Made by a program: the position numbers and the translations under genes
Shown: positions 42,201 through 57,400 of the stretch, in pieces
Layout of the letters: each line of letters begins with the position of its first letter
How positions within the stretch are numbered: position 1 is the first letter of the stretch
Source of the DNA: Eledone cirrhosa
Taxonomy: Eukaryota
DNA length: 64,000 nucleotides
Reading direction: 5' to 3'
Assembly (NCBI GenBank): GCA_964016885.1
Contig: OZ024745.1
Location: forward strand, 64,294,001 to 64,358,000
Notes under the pieces: generated by a model
Seen by the model: only the letters and a program-made list of their open reading frames with translations
Databases searched by the model: none
Told to the model about the DNA's origin: nothing

Positions 42201-43300
42201 ACGGACCCCTCATAAAAAAACGGGGTACCCAAATAAAAAACGGGGTAACCAAATAAAAAACGGACCCCCCCATAAAAAAAACGGGGCACATAAATAAAAA
42301 AGGACACCCCCCATAAAAAAACGGGGCACCCAAATAAAATACGGGGTACCCAAATAAAAAAGGGACCCCCCATAAAAAAACGGGGCAGCCAAATTAGAAA
42401 CGGACCCCAACCATAAAAAAATGGGGTACCCAAATAAAAACCGGGGTACCCAAATAAAAAATGGACCCCCCCCATAAAAAAACGAGGCACCCAAATAAAA
42501 TACAGGGTACCCAAATAAAAAATGGGGCACCCAAATAAAAAACGGACCCCATAAAAAAACGGGGCACCCAAATGAAAAACGGACACCCCCCATAAAAAAA
42601 CGGGGCAACCAAATAAAAAACGGACCCCAACCATAAAAAAACGGGGCACCCAAATAAAGAACGGGGTACCCAAATAAAAAACGGACCCCCCCATAAAAAA
42701 ACGGGGCACGCAAATAAAAAATGGGGTACCCAAATAAAAAACGGGGCACCCAAATAAAAAACGGGGCACCCAAATAAAAAACCGGGTACCCTAATAAAAA
42801 AACGGGGCACCCAAATAAAAAACGGGGCACCCAAATAAAAAATGGGGTACCCAATTAAAAAACGGACCCCCCATAAAAAACGGGGTACCCAAATAAAAAA
42901 CGGGGTACCCAAATAAAAAACGGGGCACACAAATAAAAAACGGAGCACCCAAATAAAAAACGAACCCCACATAAATAAACGGGGCACCCAAATAAAAAAC
43001 GGGGTACCCAAATAAAAAACGGAGCACCCAAATAAAAAAAGGGGCACCCAAATAAAAAACGGACCCCCCCATAAAAAAACGGGGCACCCAAATAAAAAAC
43101 GGACACCCCATGAAAGAACGGGGCACCCAAATAAAAAACGTCCCCATAAAAATACGGGGCACCCAAATAAAAAACGGGGTACCCAAATGAAAAACGGATC
43201 CCCCCCATAAAAAAACGGGACACCCAAATAAAAAACGGGGTACCCAAATAAAAAACGGCACCCCCATAAAAAAACTGGGTACCCAAATAAAAAACGGGGT
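36300..43300. repeat. ~1.5 kb higher-order repeat (3 copies plus one expanded ~2.4 kb copy)
   Basis: Rare variant CTGACCCCTGCCC has its G at 36711, 38225, 39746 and 42122 (offsets 1514, 1521, 2376). ORF ends 38393/39875 and 38497/39979 are offset by 1482. Confidence 0.82.
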
Positions 43301-44969
43301 ACCCAAATAAAAAACGCCCCCCCCATAAAAAAACTGGGTACCCAAATAAAAAACGGGGCACCCAAATAAAAAACGGGGCACCCAAATAAAAAACGGGGCA
43401 CCCAAATAAAAAACGGACCCCCCATAAAAAAACGGGGCACCCAAATAAAAAACGGACACCCCATGAAAGAACGGGGCACCCAAATAAAAAATGGACCCCC
43501 CCCATAAAAAAACGAGGCACCCAAATAAAATACAGGGTACCCAAATAAAAAACGGGGTACCCAAATAAAAAACGCCCCCCCATAAAAAACGGGGTACCCG
43601 AATAAAAAACGGGCCACCCAAATAAAAAACCGGGCACCCAAATAAAAAACGGGGCACCCAAATAAAAAACGGACCCCCCCATAAAAAAACGTGGCACCCA
43701 AATAAAAAAACGGACAACCCATGAAAGAACGGGGCACCCAAATAAAAAACGGCCCCCCATAAAAATACGGGGCACCCAAATAAAAAACGGGGTACCCAAA
43801 TGAAAAACGGACCCCCCCATAAAAAAACGGGACACCCAAATAAAAAACGGGGTACCCAAATAAAAAACGGCCCCCCCCATAAAAAAACTGGGTACCCAAA
43901 TAAAAAACGGGGTACCCAAATAAAAAACGGCCCCCCCATAAAAAAACGGGGTACCCAAATAAAAAACGGGGCACCCAAATAAAAAACGGGGCACCCAAAT
44001 AAAAAACGGACCCCCCCGTAACAAAACGAGGCACCCAAATAAAAAACGGGGTACCCAAATAAAAAACGGGGCACCCAAATAATAAACGGGGCACCCAAAT
44101 AAAAAACGGACCCCCCCATAAAAAACGGGGCACCCAAATAAAAAACGGACCCCCCCATGAGAAAAAAGGGGTACCCAAACAAAAACGAACGCTCCCATAA
44201 AAAAACGGGGCACCCAAATAAAAAACAGGGTACCCAAATAAAAAACGGGGTACCCAAATAAAAAACGGGCCTCCCAAATAAAAAACGGGGCACCCAAATA
44301 AAAAACGGGGTACCCAATTAAAAAACGGACCCCCCCATAAAAAAACGGGGCACCCCAAAAAAAAACGGGCCCCCGCATAAAAAAACGGTGCACCCAAATA
44401 AAAAACGTACGTCTCCATAAAAAAACGGGGCACCCAAATAAAAAACGGGGCACCTAAATAAAAAACGGACACCCCCCCATAAAAAAACGGGGCACCCAAA
44501 TAAAAAACGGGGCACCCAAATAAAAAACGGGGCTCCCAAATAAAAAACCGGGTACCCTAATAAAAAAACGGGGCACCCAAATAAAAAACGGGGCACCCAA
44601 ATAAAAAACGGGGTACCCAAATAAAAAACGGACCCCCCATAAAAAAACGGGGCACCCAAAAAAAAACGGACCCCCGCATAAAAAAACGGTGCACCCAAAT
44701 AATAAAACGGACCCCCATAAAAAAACGGGGCACCCAAATAAAAAACGGACACCCCATGAAAGAACGGGGCACCCAAATAAAAACGGACCCCCCATAAAAA
44801 TACGGGGCACCCAAATAAAAAATGGGGTACCCAAATGAAAAACGGATCGCCCCATAAAAGAAAATGGCACCCAAATAAAAAACGGACCCCCCCATAAAAA
44901 AACGGGGCACCCAAATAAAAGACGGGGCACCCAAATAAAAAACGCCCCCCCCATAAAAAAACGGGGTAC

Positions 44970-47900
44970 CCAAATAAAAAACGGGGCACCCAAATAAAAA
45001 ACGGGGCACCCAAATGAAAAACGTACCCCCACCATAAAAAAACCTGGCACCCAAATAAAAAACGGGGTACCCAAATAAAAAACGGTCCGCCCCCATAAAA
45101 AAACTGGGGACCCAAATAAAAAACGGTGTACCCAAATAAAAAACGCCCCCCATAAAAAATTGGGGCACCCAAATTAAAAAAGGGGTACCCAAATAAAAAA
45201 CGGACCCCCCATAAAAAAACGGGGCACCGAAATAAATAACAGGGTACCCAAATAAAAAACCGGGCACCCAAATAAAAAACGGTGTACCCAAATAAATAAC
45301 GGACCCCCCATAAAAAAGGGGCACCCAAATAAAAAACGGACCCCCCCATAAAAAAAACGGGGCACCCAAATAAAAAACGTACCCACCAAACAAAAAACGG
45401 GGCACACAAATAAAAAACGTACCCCCCATAAAAAAACGGGGTACCCAAATAAAAAACGGAGCACACAAATAAAAAACGGAGCACCCAAATAAAAAACGGA
45501 CCCCCCATAAATAAACGGGGCACCCAAATAAAAAAACGGGGTACCCAAATAAAAAACGGAGCACCCAAATAAAAAAGGGGCACCCAATTAAAAAACGGGG
45601 TACCCAAATAAAAAACGGGGCACCCAAATAAAAAAGGGGCACCCAAATAAAAAACGGGGTACCCAAATAAAAAACGGGGCACACAAATAAAAAACGGAGC
45701 ACCCAAATAAAAAACGGACCCCCCATAAATAAACGGGGCACCCAAATAAAAAACGGGGTACCCAAATAAAAAACGGAGCACCCAAATAAAAAAGGGGCAC
45801 CCAAATAAAAAACGGACCCCCCCATAAAAAAAACGTGGCACCCAAATAAAAAACGTACCCACCCATAAAAAACGGGGCACCCAAATAGTAAACGTACCCC
45901 CCATAAAAAACGGGGTACCCAAATAAAAAACGGGGCACACAAATAAAAAACGGACCCCCCATAAATAAACGGGGCACCCAAATAAAAAAACGGGGTACCC
46001 AAATAAAAAACGGAGCACCCAAATAATAAAGGGGCACCCAATTAAAAAACGGGGTACCCAAATAAAAAACGGGGCACCCAAATAAAAAAGGGGCACCCAA
46101 ATAAAAAACGGGGTACCCAAATAAAAAACGGGGCACCCAAATAAAAAAGGGGCACCCAAATAAAAAACAGACCCCCCCATAAATAAACGGGGCACCCAAA
46201 TAAGAAACGGGGTACCCAAATAAAAAACGGTGAACCCAAATAAAAAACGGACCCCCCCATAAAATACGGGGCACCCAAATAAAAAACGGACACCCCATGA
46301 AAAAACGGGGCACCCAAATAAAAAACGGCCCCCCCATAAAAATACGGGGCACCCAAATAAAAAACGGGGTACCCAAATGAAAAACGGACCCCCCCATAAA
46401 AAAAAGGGGCACCCAAATAAAAAACGGGGTACCCAAATAAAAAACGGGGCACCCAAATAAAAAAGGAGCACCCAAATAAAAAACAGACCCCCCATAAATA
46501 AACGGGGCACCCAAATAAGAAACGGGCCACCCAAATAAAAAACGGTGCACCCAAATAAAAAACGGGGCACACAAATAAAAAACGGTGCACCCAAATAAAA
46601 AACGGACCCCCCATAAATAAACGGGGCACCCAAATAAAAAACGGGGTACCCAAATAAAAAACGGAGCACCCAAATAAAAAAAGGGGCACCCAAATAAAAA
46701 ACGGGGTACCCAAATAAAAAACGGGGCACCCAAATAAAAAAGGGGCACCCAAATAAAAAACAGACCACCCCATAAATAAACGGGGCACCCAAATAAGAAA
46801 CGGGGTACCCAAATAAAAAACGGTGCACCCAAATAAAAAACGGACCCCCCCCATAAAATACGGGGCACCCAAATAAAAAACGGACACCCCATGAAAAAAC
46901 GGGGCACCCAAATAAAAAACGGCCCCCCCATAAAAATACGGGGCACCCAAATAAAAAACGGGGTACCCAAATGAAAAACGGACCCCCCCATAAAAAAAAG
47001 GGGCACCCAAATAAAAAACGGGGTACCCAAATAAAAAACGGCCCCCCATAAAAAAACGGGGTACCCAAATAAAAAACGGGGCACCCAAATAAAAAACGGG
47101 GTACCCAAATAGAAAACGGACCCCCTCATAAAAAAACGGGGCACCCAAATAAAAAACGGACCCCCGCATAAAAAAACGGTGCACCCAAATAAAAAACGGA
47201 CCCCCACCATAAAAACACGGGGCAACCAAATATCAAACGGACCCCCCATAAAAAAACGGACCCCCCCATAAAAAAACGGGGTACACAAATAAAAAACGGA
47301 CCCCCACATAAAAAAACGGGGCACCCAAATAAAAAGCGGACCCCCGCATAAAAAAACGGTGCACCCAAATAAAAAACGGACCCCCCCACCATAAAAACAC
47401 GGGGCACCCAAATAAAAAACGCCCCCCCCATAAAAAAACGGGGTACCCAAATAAAAAACGGGGCACCCAAATAAAAAACGGGGCACCCAAATGAAAAACG
47501 GACCCCCACCATAAAAAAACGGGGCACCCAAATAAAATACGGACCCACCCATAAAAAAACCGGGCACCCAAATAAAAAACGGGGTACCCAAATAAAAAAC
47601 GGTCCGCCCCCATAAAAAAACTGGGCACCCAAATAAAAAACGGTGTACCCAAATAAAAAACGCCCCCCATAAAAAATCGGGGCACCCAAATTAAAAAAGG
47701 GGTACCCAAATAAAAAACGGACCCCCCATAAAAAAGGGGCACCCAAATAAAAAACGGACCCCCCCATAAAAAAAACGGGGCACCCAAATAAAAAACGTAC
47801 CCACCCATAAAAAACGGGGCACACAAATAAAAAACGTACCCCCCATAAAAAAACGGGGTACCCAAATAAAAAACGGGGCACACAAATAAAAAACGGAGCA

Positions 47901-50900
47901 CCCAAATAAAAAACGGACCCCCCATAAATAAACGGGGCACCCAAATAAAAAACGGGGTACCCAAATAAATAACGGAGCACCCAAATAAAAAAGGGGCACC
48001 CAAATAAAAAACGGGGTACCCAAATAAAAAACGGGGCACCCAAATAAAAAAGGGGCACCCAAATAAAAAACGGGGTACCCAAATAAAAAACGGGGCACAC
48101 AAATAAAAAACGGAGCACCCAAATAAAAAACGGACCCCCCATAAATAAACGGGGCACCCAAATAAAAAACGGGGTACCCAAATAAAAAACGGAGCACCCA
48201 AATAAAAACGGGGCACCCAAATAAAAAACGGGGCACCCAAATGAAAAACGTACCCCCACCATAAAAAAACCTGGCACCCAAATAAAAAACGGGGTACCCA
48301 AATAAAAAACGGTCCGCCCCCATAAAAAAACTGGGGACCCAAATAAAAAACGGTGTACCCAAATAAAAAACGCCCCCCATAAAAAATTGGGGCACCCAAA
48401 TTAAAAAAGGGGTACCCAAATAAAAAACGGACCCCCCATAAAAAAACGGGGCACCGAAATAAATAACAGGGTACCCAAATAAAAAACCGGGCACCCAAAT
48501 AAAAAACGGTGTACCCAAATAAATAACGGACCCCCCATAAAAAAGGGGCACCCAAATAAAAAACGGACCCCCCCATAAAAAAAACGGGGCACCCAAATAA
48601 AAAACGTACCCACCAAACAAAAAACGGGGCACACAAATAAAAAACGTACCCCCCATAAAAAAACGGGGTACCCAAATAAAAAACGGAGCACACAAATAAA
48701 AAACGGAGCACCCAAATAAAAAACGGACCCCCCATAAATAAACGGGGCACCCAAATAAAAAAACGGGGTACCCAAATAAAAAACGGAGCACCCAAATAAA
48801 AAAGGGGCACCCAATTAAAAAACGGGGTACCCAAATAAAAAACGGGGCACCCAAATAAAAAAGGGGCACCCAAATAAAAAACGGGGTACCCAAATAAAAA
48901 ACGGGGCACACAAATAAAAAACGGAGCACCCAAATAAAAAACGGACCCCCCATAAATAAACGGGGCACCCAAATAAAAAACGGGGTACCCAAATAAAAAA
49001 CGGAGCACCCAAATAAAAAAGGGGCACCCAAATAAAAAACGGACCCCCCCATAAAAAAAACGTGGCACCCAAATAAAAAACGTACCCACCCATAAAAAAC
49101 GGGGCACCCAAATAGTAAACGTACCCCCCATAAAAAACGGGGTACCCAAATAAAAAACGGGGCACACAAATAAAAAACGGACCCCCCATAAATAAACGGG
49201 GCACCCAAATAAAAAAACGGGGTACCCAAATAAAAAACGGAGCACCCAAATAATAAAGGGGCACCCAATTAAAAAACGGGGTACCCAAATAAAAAACGGG
49301 GCACCCAAATAAAAAAGGGGCACCCAAATAAAAAACGGGGTACCCAAATAAAAAACGGGGCACCCAAATAAAAAAGGGGCACCCAAATAAAAAACAGACC
49401 CCCCCATAAATAAACGGGGCACCCAAATAAGAAACGGGGTACCCAAATAAAAAACGGTGCACCCAAATAAAAAACGGACCCCCCCATAAAATACGGGGCA
49501 CCCAAATAAAAAACGGACACCCCATGAAAAAACGGGGCACCCAAATAAAAAACGGCCCCCCCATAAAAATACGGGGCACCCAAATAAAAAACGGGGTACC
49601 CAAATGAAAAACGGACCCCCCCATAAAAAAAAGGGGCACCCAAATAAAAAACGGGGTACCCAAATAAAAAACGGGGCACCCAAATAAAAAAGGAGCACCC
49701 AAATAAAAAACAGACCCCCCATAAATAAACGGGGCACCCAAATAAGAAACGGGCCACCCAAATAAAAAACGGTGCACCCAAATAAAAAACGGGGCACACA
49801 AATAAAAAACGGTGCACCCAAATAAAAAACGGACCCCCCATAAATAAACGGGGCACCCAAATAAAAAACGGGGTACCCAAATAAAAAACGGAGCACCCAA
49901 ATAAAAAAAGGGGCACCCAAATAAAAAACGGGGTACCCAAATAAAAAACGGGGCACCCAAATAAAAAAGGGGCACCCAAATAAAAAACAGACCACCCCAT
50001 AAATAAACGGGGCACCCAAATAAGAAACGGGGTACCCAAATAAAAAACGGTGCACCCAAATAAAAAACGGACCCCCCCCATAAAATACGGGGCACCCAAA
50101 TAAAAAACGGACACCCCATGAAAAAACGGGGCACCCAAATAAAAAACGGCCCCCCCATAAAAATACGGGGCACCCAAATAAAAAACGGGGTACCCAAATG
50201 AAAAACGGACCCCCCCATAAAAAAAAGGGGCACCCAAATAAAAAACGGGGTACCCAAATAAAAAACGGCCCCCCATAAAAAAACGGGGTACCCAAATAAA
50301 AAACGGGGCACCCAAATAAAAAACGGGGTACCCAAATAGAAAACGGACCCCCTCATAAAAAAACGGGGCACCCAAATAAAAAACGGACCCCCGCATAAAA
50401 AAACGGTGCACCCAAATAAAAAACGGACCCCCACCATAAAAACACGGGGCAACCAAATATCAAACGGACCCCCCATAAAAAAACGGACCCCCCCATAAAA
50501 AAACGGGGTACACAAATAAAAAACGGACCCCCACATAAAAAAACGGGGCACCCAAATAAAAAGCGGACCCCCGCATAAAAAAACGGTGCACCCAAATAAA
50601 AAACGGACCCCCCCACCATAAAAACACGGGGCACCCAAATAAAAAACGCCCCCCCCCATAAAAAAACGGGGTACCCAAATAAAAAACGGGGCACCCAAAT
50701 AAAAAACGGGGCACCCAAATGAAAAACGGACCCCCACCATAAAAAAACGGGGCACCCAAATAAAATACGGACCCACCCATAAAAAAACCGGGCACCCAAA
50801 TAAAAAACGGGGTACCCAAATAAAAAACGGTCCGCCCCCATAAAAAAACTGGGCACCCAAATAAAAAACGGTGTACCCAAATAAAAAACGCCCCCCATAA

Positions 50901-51430
50901 AAAATCGGGGCACCCAAATTAAAAAAGGGGTACCCAAATAAAAAACGGACCCCCCATAAAAAAGGGGCACCCAAATAAAAAACGGACCCCCCCATAAAAA
51001 AAACGGGGCACCCAAATAAAAAACGTACCCACCCATAAAAAACGGGGCACACAAATAAAAAACGTACCCCCCATAAAAAAACGGGGTACCCAAATAAAAA
51101 ACGGGGCACACAAATAAAAAACGGAGCACCCAAATAAAAAACGGACCCCCCATAAATAAACGGGGCACCCAAATAAAAAACGGGGTACCCAAATAAATAA
51201 CGGAGCACCCAAATAAAAAAGGGGCACCCAAATAAAAAACGGGGTACCCAAATAAAAAACGGGGCACCCAAATAAAAAAGGGGCACCCAAATAAAAAACG
51301 GGGTACCCAAATAAAAAACGGGGCACACAAATAAAAAACGGAGCACCCAAATAAAAAACGGACCCCCCATAAATAAACGGGGCACCCAAATAAAAAACGG
51401 GGTACCCAAATAAAAAACGGAGCACCCAAA
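44970..51430. repeat. Near-identical 3227-bp tandem duplication
   Basis: The offset is a constant 3227 for CGTACCCCCACC (45022/48249) and for ORFs 45174/48401, 46042/49269 and 47126/50353. Visible differences are one substitution (46233 A vs 49460 C) and a 1-bp C-run change. Confidence 0.93.
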
Positions 51431-54400
51431 TAAAAAAGGGGCACCCAAATAAAAAACGGACCCCCCCATAAAAAAAACGGTGTACCCAAATAAAAAACGC
51501 CCCCCATAAAAAATCGGGGCACCCAAATTAAAAAAGGGGTACCCAAATAAAAAACGGACCCCCCATAAAAAAGGGGCACCCAAATAAAAAACGGGGTACC
51601 CAAATAAAAAACGGGGCACACAAATAAAAAACGGAGCACCCAAATAAAAAACGGACCCCCCATAAATAAACGGGGCACCCAAATAAAAAACGGGGTACCC
51701 AAATAAAAAACGGAGCACCCAAATAAAAAAGGGGCACCCAAATAAAAAACGGACCCCCCCATAAAAAAAACGGGGCACCCAAATAAAAAACGTACCCACC
51801 CATAAAAAACGGGGCACCCAAATAAAAAACGTACCCCCCATAAAAAAACGGGGTACCCAAATAAAAAACGGGGCACACAAATAAAAAACGGAGCACCCAA
51901 ATAAAAAACGGACCCCCCATAAATAAACGGGGCACCCAAATAAAAAACGGGGTACCCAAATAAAAAACGGAGCACCCGAATAAAAAAGGGGCACCCAAAT
52001 AAAAAACGGGCCACCCAAATAAAAAACGGTGCACCCAAATAAAAAACGGGGCACACAAATAAAAAACGGAGCACCCAAATAAAAAACGGACCCCCCATAA
52101 ATAAACGGGGCACCCAAATAAAAAACGGGGTACCCAAATAAAAAACGGAGCACCCAAATAAAAAAAGGGGCACCCAAATAAAAAACGGGGTACCCAAATA
52201 AAAAACGGGGCACCCAAATAAAAAAGGGGCACCCAAGTAAAAAACAGACCCCCCATAAATAAACGGGGCACCCAAATAAGAAACGGGGCACCCAAATAAA
52301 AAACGGTGCACCCAAATAAAAAACGTACCCACCCATAAAAAACGGGGCACCCAAATAAAAAACGTACCCCCCATAAAAAAACGGGGTACCCAAATAAAAA
52401 ACGGGGCACACAAATAAAAAACGGAGCACCCAAATAGAAAACGGACCCCCCATAAATAAACGGGGCACCCAAATAATAAAAGGGGTACCCAAATAAAAAA
52501 CGGAGCACCCAAATAAAAAAGGGGCACCCAAATAAAAAACGGGGTACCCAAATAAAAAACGGGGCACCCAAATAAAAAAGGGGCACCCAAATAAAAAACG
52601 GGGTACCCAAATAAACGACGGGGCACCCAAATAAAAAAGGGTCACCCAAATAAAAAACAGACCCCCCATAAATAAACGGGGCACCCAAATAAGAAACGGG
52701 CCACCCAAATAAAAAACGGTGCACCCAAATAAAAAACGGGGCACACAAATAAAAAACGGACACCCCATAAATAAACGGGGCACCCAAATAAAAAACGGGG
52801 TACCCAAATAAAAAACGGAGCACCCAAATAAAAAAAGGGGCACCCAAATAAAAAACGGGGTACCCAAATAAAAAACGGGGCACCCAAATAAAAAAGGGGC
52901 ACCCAAATAAAAAACAGACCCCCCCATAAATAAACGGGGCACCCAAATAAGAAACGGGGCACCCAAATAAAAAACGGTGCACCCAAATAAAAAACGGACC
53001 CCCCCATAAAACACGGGGCACCCAAATAAAAAACGGACACCCCATGAAAAAACGGGGCACCCAAATAAAAAACGGCCCCCCCATAAAAATACGGGGCACC
53101 CAAATAAAAAACGGGGTACCCAAATGAAAAACGGACCCCCCCATAAAAAAAAGGGGCACCCAAATAAAAAACGGGGTACCCAAATAAAAAACGGCCCCCC
53201 ATAAAAAAACGGGGTACCCAATTAAAAAACGGGGCACCCAAATAAAAAACGGGGCACCCAAATAAAAAAACGGACCGCCCCATAAAAAAACGGGGCACCC
53301 AAATAAAAAACGGGGTACCCAAATAGAAAACGGACCCCCTCATAAAAAAACGGGGCACCCAAATAAAAAACGGACCCCCGCATAAAAAAACGGTGCACCC
53401 AAATAAAAAACGGACCCCCACCATAAAAACACGGGGCACCCAAATATCAAACGGACCCCCATAAAAAAACGGACCCCCCCATAAAAAAACGGGGTACCCA
53501 AATAAAAAACGGACCCCCCCATAAAAAAACGGGGCACCCAAATAAAAAGCGGACCCCCGCATAAAAAAACGGTGCACCCAAATAAAAAACGGACCCCCCC
53601 ACCATAAAAACACGGGGCACCCAAATAAAAAACGGACCCCCCATAAAAAAAACGGGGCACCCAAATAAAAAACGGGGTACCCAAATAAAAAACGGACCCC
53701 CCCGTAAAAAAACGGGGCACCCAAATAAAAAACGAGGTACCCAAATAAAAAACGGGGCACCCAAATAATAAACGGGGCACCCAAATAAAAAACGTACCCC
53801 CCCATAAAAAACGGGGCACCCAAATAAAAAACGGACCCCCCCATAAGAAAAAAGGGGTACCCAAACAAAAAACGGACGCTCCCATAAAAAAACAGGGCAC
53901 CCAAATAAAAAACAGGGTACACAAATAAAAAACGGGGCACCCAAATAAAAAACGGCCCCCCCATAAAAAAACGGATCACCCAAATATAAAACGGACCCCC
54001 GCCCCTAAAAAAACGGGGTACCCAAATAAAAAACGGGGCACCCAAATAAAAAACGGGGTACCCAAATAAAAAACGGAGCACCCAAATAAAAAAAGGGGCA
54101 CCCAAATAAAAAACGGGGTACCCAAATAAAAAACGGGGCACCCAAATAAAAAGGGGCACCCAAATAAAAAACAGACCCCCCATAAATAAACGGGGCACCC
54201 AAATAAGAAACGGGGCACCCAAATAAAAAACGGTGCACCCAAATAAAAAACGGGGCACACAAATAAAAAACGGAGCACCCAAATAAAAAACGGACCCCCC
54301 ATAAATAAACGGAGCACCCAAATAAAAAACGGGGTACCCAAATAAAAAACGGACCCCCCCGTAAAAAAACGGGGCACCCAAATAAAAAACGGGGTACACA

Positions 54401-57400
54401 AATGAAAATCGGTCCGCCCCCATAAAAAAACTGGGCACCCAAATAAAAAACTGGGCACCCAAATAAAAAACGGTGCACCCAAATAAAAAACGGGGCACAC
54501 AAATAAAAAACGGAGCACCCAAATGAAAAACGGAGCCCCCGTAAATAAACGGGGCGCCCAAATAAAAAAGCGGGGTACCCAAATAAAAAACGGACCCCCG
54601 TAAAAAAACGGGGCACCCAAATAAAAAACGGGGTACACAAATGAAAAACGGAGCACCCAAATAAAAAAAGGGGCACCCAAATAAAAAACGGGGTACCCAA
54701 ATAAAAAACGGGGCACCCAAATAAAAAAGGGGCACCCAAATAAAAAACAGACCCCCCCATAAATAAACGGGGCACCCAAATAAGAAACGGGGTACCCAAA
54801 TAAAAAACGGTGCACCCAAATAAAAAACGGACCCCCCCATAAAATACGGGGCACCCAAATAAAAAACGGACACCCCATGAAAAAACGGGGCACCCAAATA
54901 AAAAACGGCCCCCCCATAAAAATACGGGGCACCCAAATAAAAAACGGGGTACCCAAATGAAAAACGGACCCCCCCATAAAAAAAAGGGGCACCCAAATAA
55001 AAAACGGGGTACCCAAATAAAAAACGGCCCCCCATAAAAAAACGGGGTACCCAAATAAAAAACGGGGCACCCAAATAAAAAACGGGGTACCCAAATAGAA
55101 AACGGACCCCCTCATAAAAAAACGGGGCACCCAAATAAAAAACGGACCCCCGCATAAAAAAACGGTGCACCCAAATAAAAAACGGACGCCCACCATAAAA
55201 ACACGGGGCAACCAAATATCAAACGGACCCCCCATAAAAAAACGGACCCCCCCATAAAAAAACGGGGTACACAAATAAAAAACGGACCCCCCCATAAAAA
55301 AACGGGGCACCCAAATAAAAAGCGGACCCCCGCATAAAAAAACGGTGCACCCAAATAAAAAACGGACCCCCCCACCATAAAAACACGGGGCACCCAAATA
55401 AAAAACGCCCCCCCCCATAAAAAAACGGGGTACCCAAATAAAAAAAGGGGCACCCAAATAAAAAACGGGGCACCCAAATGAAAAACGGACCCCCACCATA
55501 AAAAAACGGGGCACCCAAATAAAATACGGACCCACCCATAAAAAAACCGGGCACCCAAATAAAAAACGGGGTACCCAAATAAAAAACGGTCCGCCCCCAT
55601 AAAAAAACTGGGCACCCAAATAAAAAACGGTGTACCCAAATAAAAAACGCCCCCCATAAAAAATCGGGGCACCCAAATTAAAAAAGGGGTACCCAAATAA
55701 AAAACGGACCCCCCATAAAAAAGGGGCACCCAAATAAAAAACGGACCCCCCCATAAAAAAAACGGGGCACCCAAATAAAAAACGTACCCACCCATAAAAA
55801 ACGGGGCACACAAATAAAAAACGTACCCCCCATAAAAAAACGGGGTACCCAAATAAAAAACGGGGCACACAAATAAAAAACGGAGCACCCAAATAAAAAA
55901 CGGACCCCCCATAAATAAACGGGGCACCCAAATAAAAAACGGGGTACCCAAATAAATAACGGAGCACCCAAATAAAAAAGGGGCACCCAAATAAAAAACG
56001 GGGTACCCAAATAAAAAACGGGGCACCCAAATAAAAAAGGGGCACCCAAATAAAAAACGGGGTACCCAAATAAAAAACGGGGCACACAAATAAAAAACGG
56101 AGCACCCAAATAAAAAACGGACCTCCCATAAATAAACGGGGCACCCAAATAAAAAACGGGGTACCCAAATAAAAAACGGAGCACCCAAATAAAAAAGGGG
56201 CACCCAAATAAAAAACGGACCCCCCCATAAAAAAAACGGGGCACCCAAATAAAAAACGTACCCACCCATAAAAAACGGGGCACCCAAATAAAAAACGTAC
56301 CCCCCATAAAAAAACGGGGTACCCAAATAAAAAACGGGGCACACAAATAAAAAACGGAGCACCCAAATAAAAAACGGACCCCCCATAAATAAACGGGGCA
56401 CCCAAATAAAAAACGGGGTACCCAAATAAAAAACGGAGCACCCGAATAAAAAAGGGGCACCCAAATAAAAAACGGGCCACCCAAATAAAAAACGGTGCAC
56501 CCAAATAAAAAACGGGGCACACAAATAAAAAACGGAGCACCCAAATAAAAAACGGACCCCCCATAAATAAACGGGGCACCCAAATAAAAAACGGGGTACC
56601 CAAATAAAAAACGGAGCACCCAAATAAAAAAAGGGGCACCCAAATAAAAAACGGGGTACCCAAATAAGAAACGGGGCACCCAAATAAAAAAGGGGCACCC
56701 AAATAAAAAACAGACCCCCCATAAATAAACGGGGCACCCAAATAAGAAACGGGGCACCCAAATAAAAAACGGGGCACACAAATAAAAAACGGAGCACCCA
56801 AATAGAAAACGGACCCCCCATAAATAAACGGGGCACCCAAATAATAAAAGGGGTACCCAAATAAAAAACGGAGCACCCAAATAAAAAAGGGGCACCCAAA
56901 TAAAAAACGGGGTACCCAAATAAAAAACGGGGCACCCAAATAAAAAAGGGGCACCCAAATAAAAAACGGGGTACCCAAATAAACGACGGGGCACCCAAAT
57001 AAAAAAGGGTCACCCAAATAAAAAACAGACCCCCCATAAATAAACGGGGCACCCAAATAAGAAACGGGCCACCCAAATAAAAAACGGTGCACCCAAATAA
57101 AAAACGGGGCACACAAATAAAAAACGGAGCACCCAAATAAAAAACGGACACCCCATAAATAAACGGGGCACCCAAATAAAAAACGGGGTACCCAAATAAA
57201 AAACGGAGCACCCAAATAAAAAAAGGGGCACCCAAATAAAAAACGGGGTACCCAAATAAAAAACGGGGCACCCAAATAAAAAAGGGGCACCCAAATAAAA
57301 AACAGACCCCCCCATAAATAAACGGGGCACCCAAATAAGAAACGGGGCACCCAAATAAAAAACGGTGCACCCAAATAAAAAACGGACCCCCCCATAAAAC

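Noticed and set aside
15472-43982. Lys/Pro-rich plus-strand ORFs (15472, 21388, 43800) resembling basic DNA-binding proteins
   Set aside because: These are chance runs of units that avoid the in-frame TAA. The sequence is indistinguishable from the surrounding satellite.
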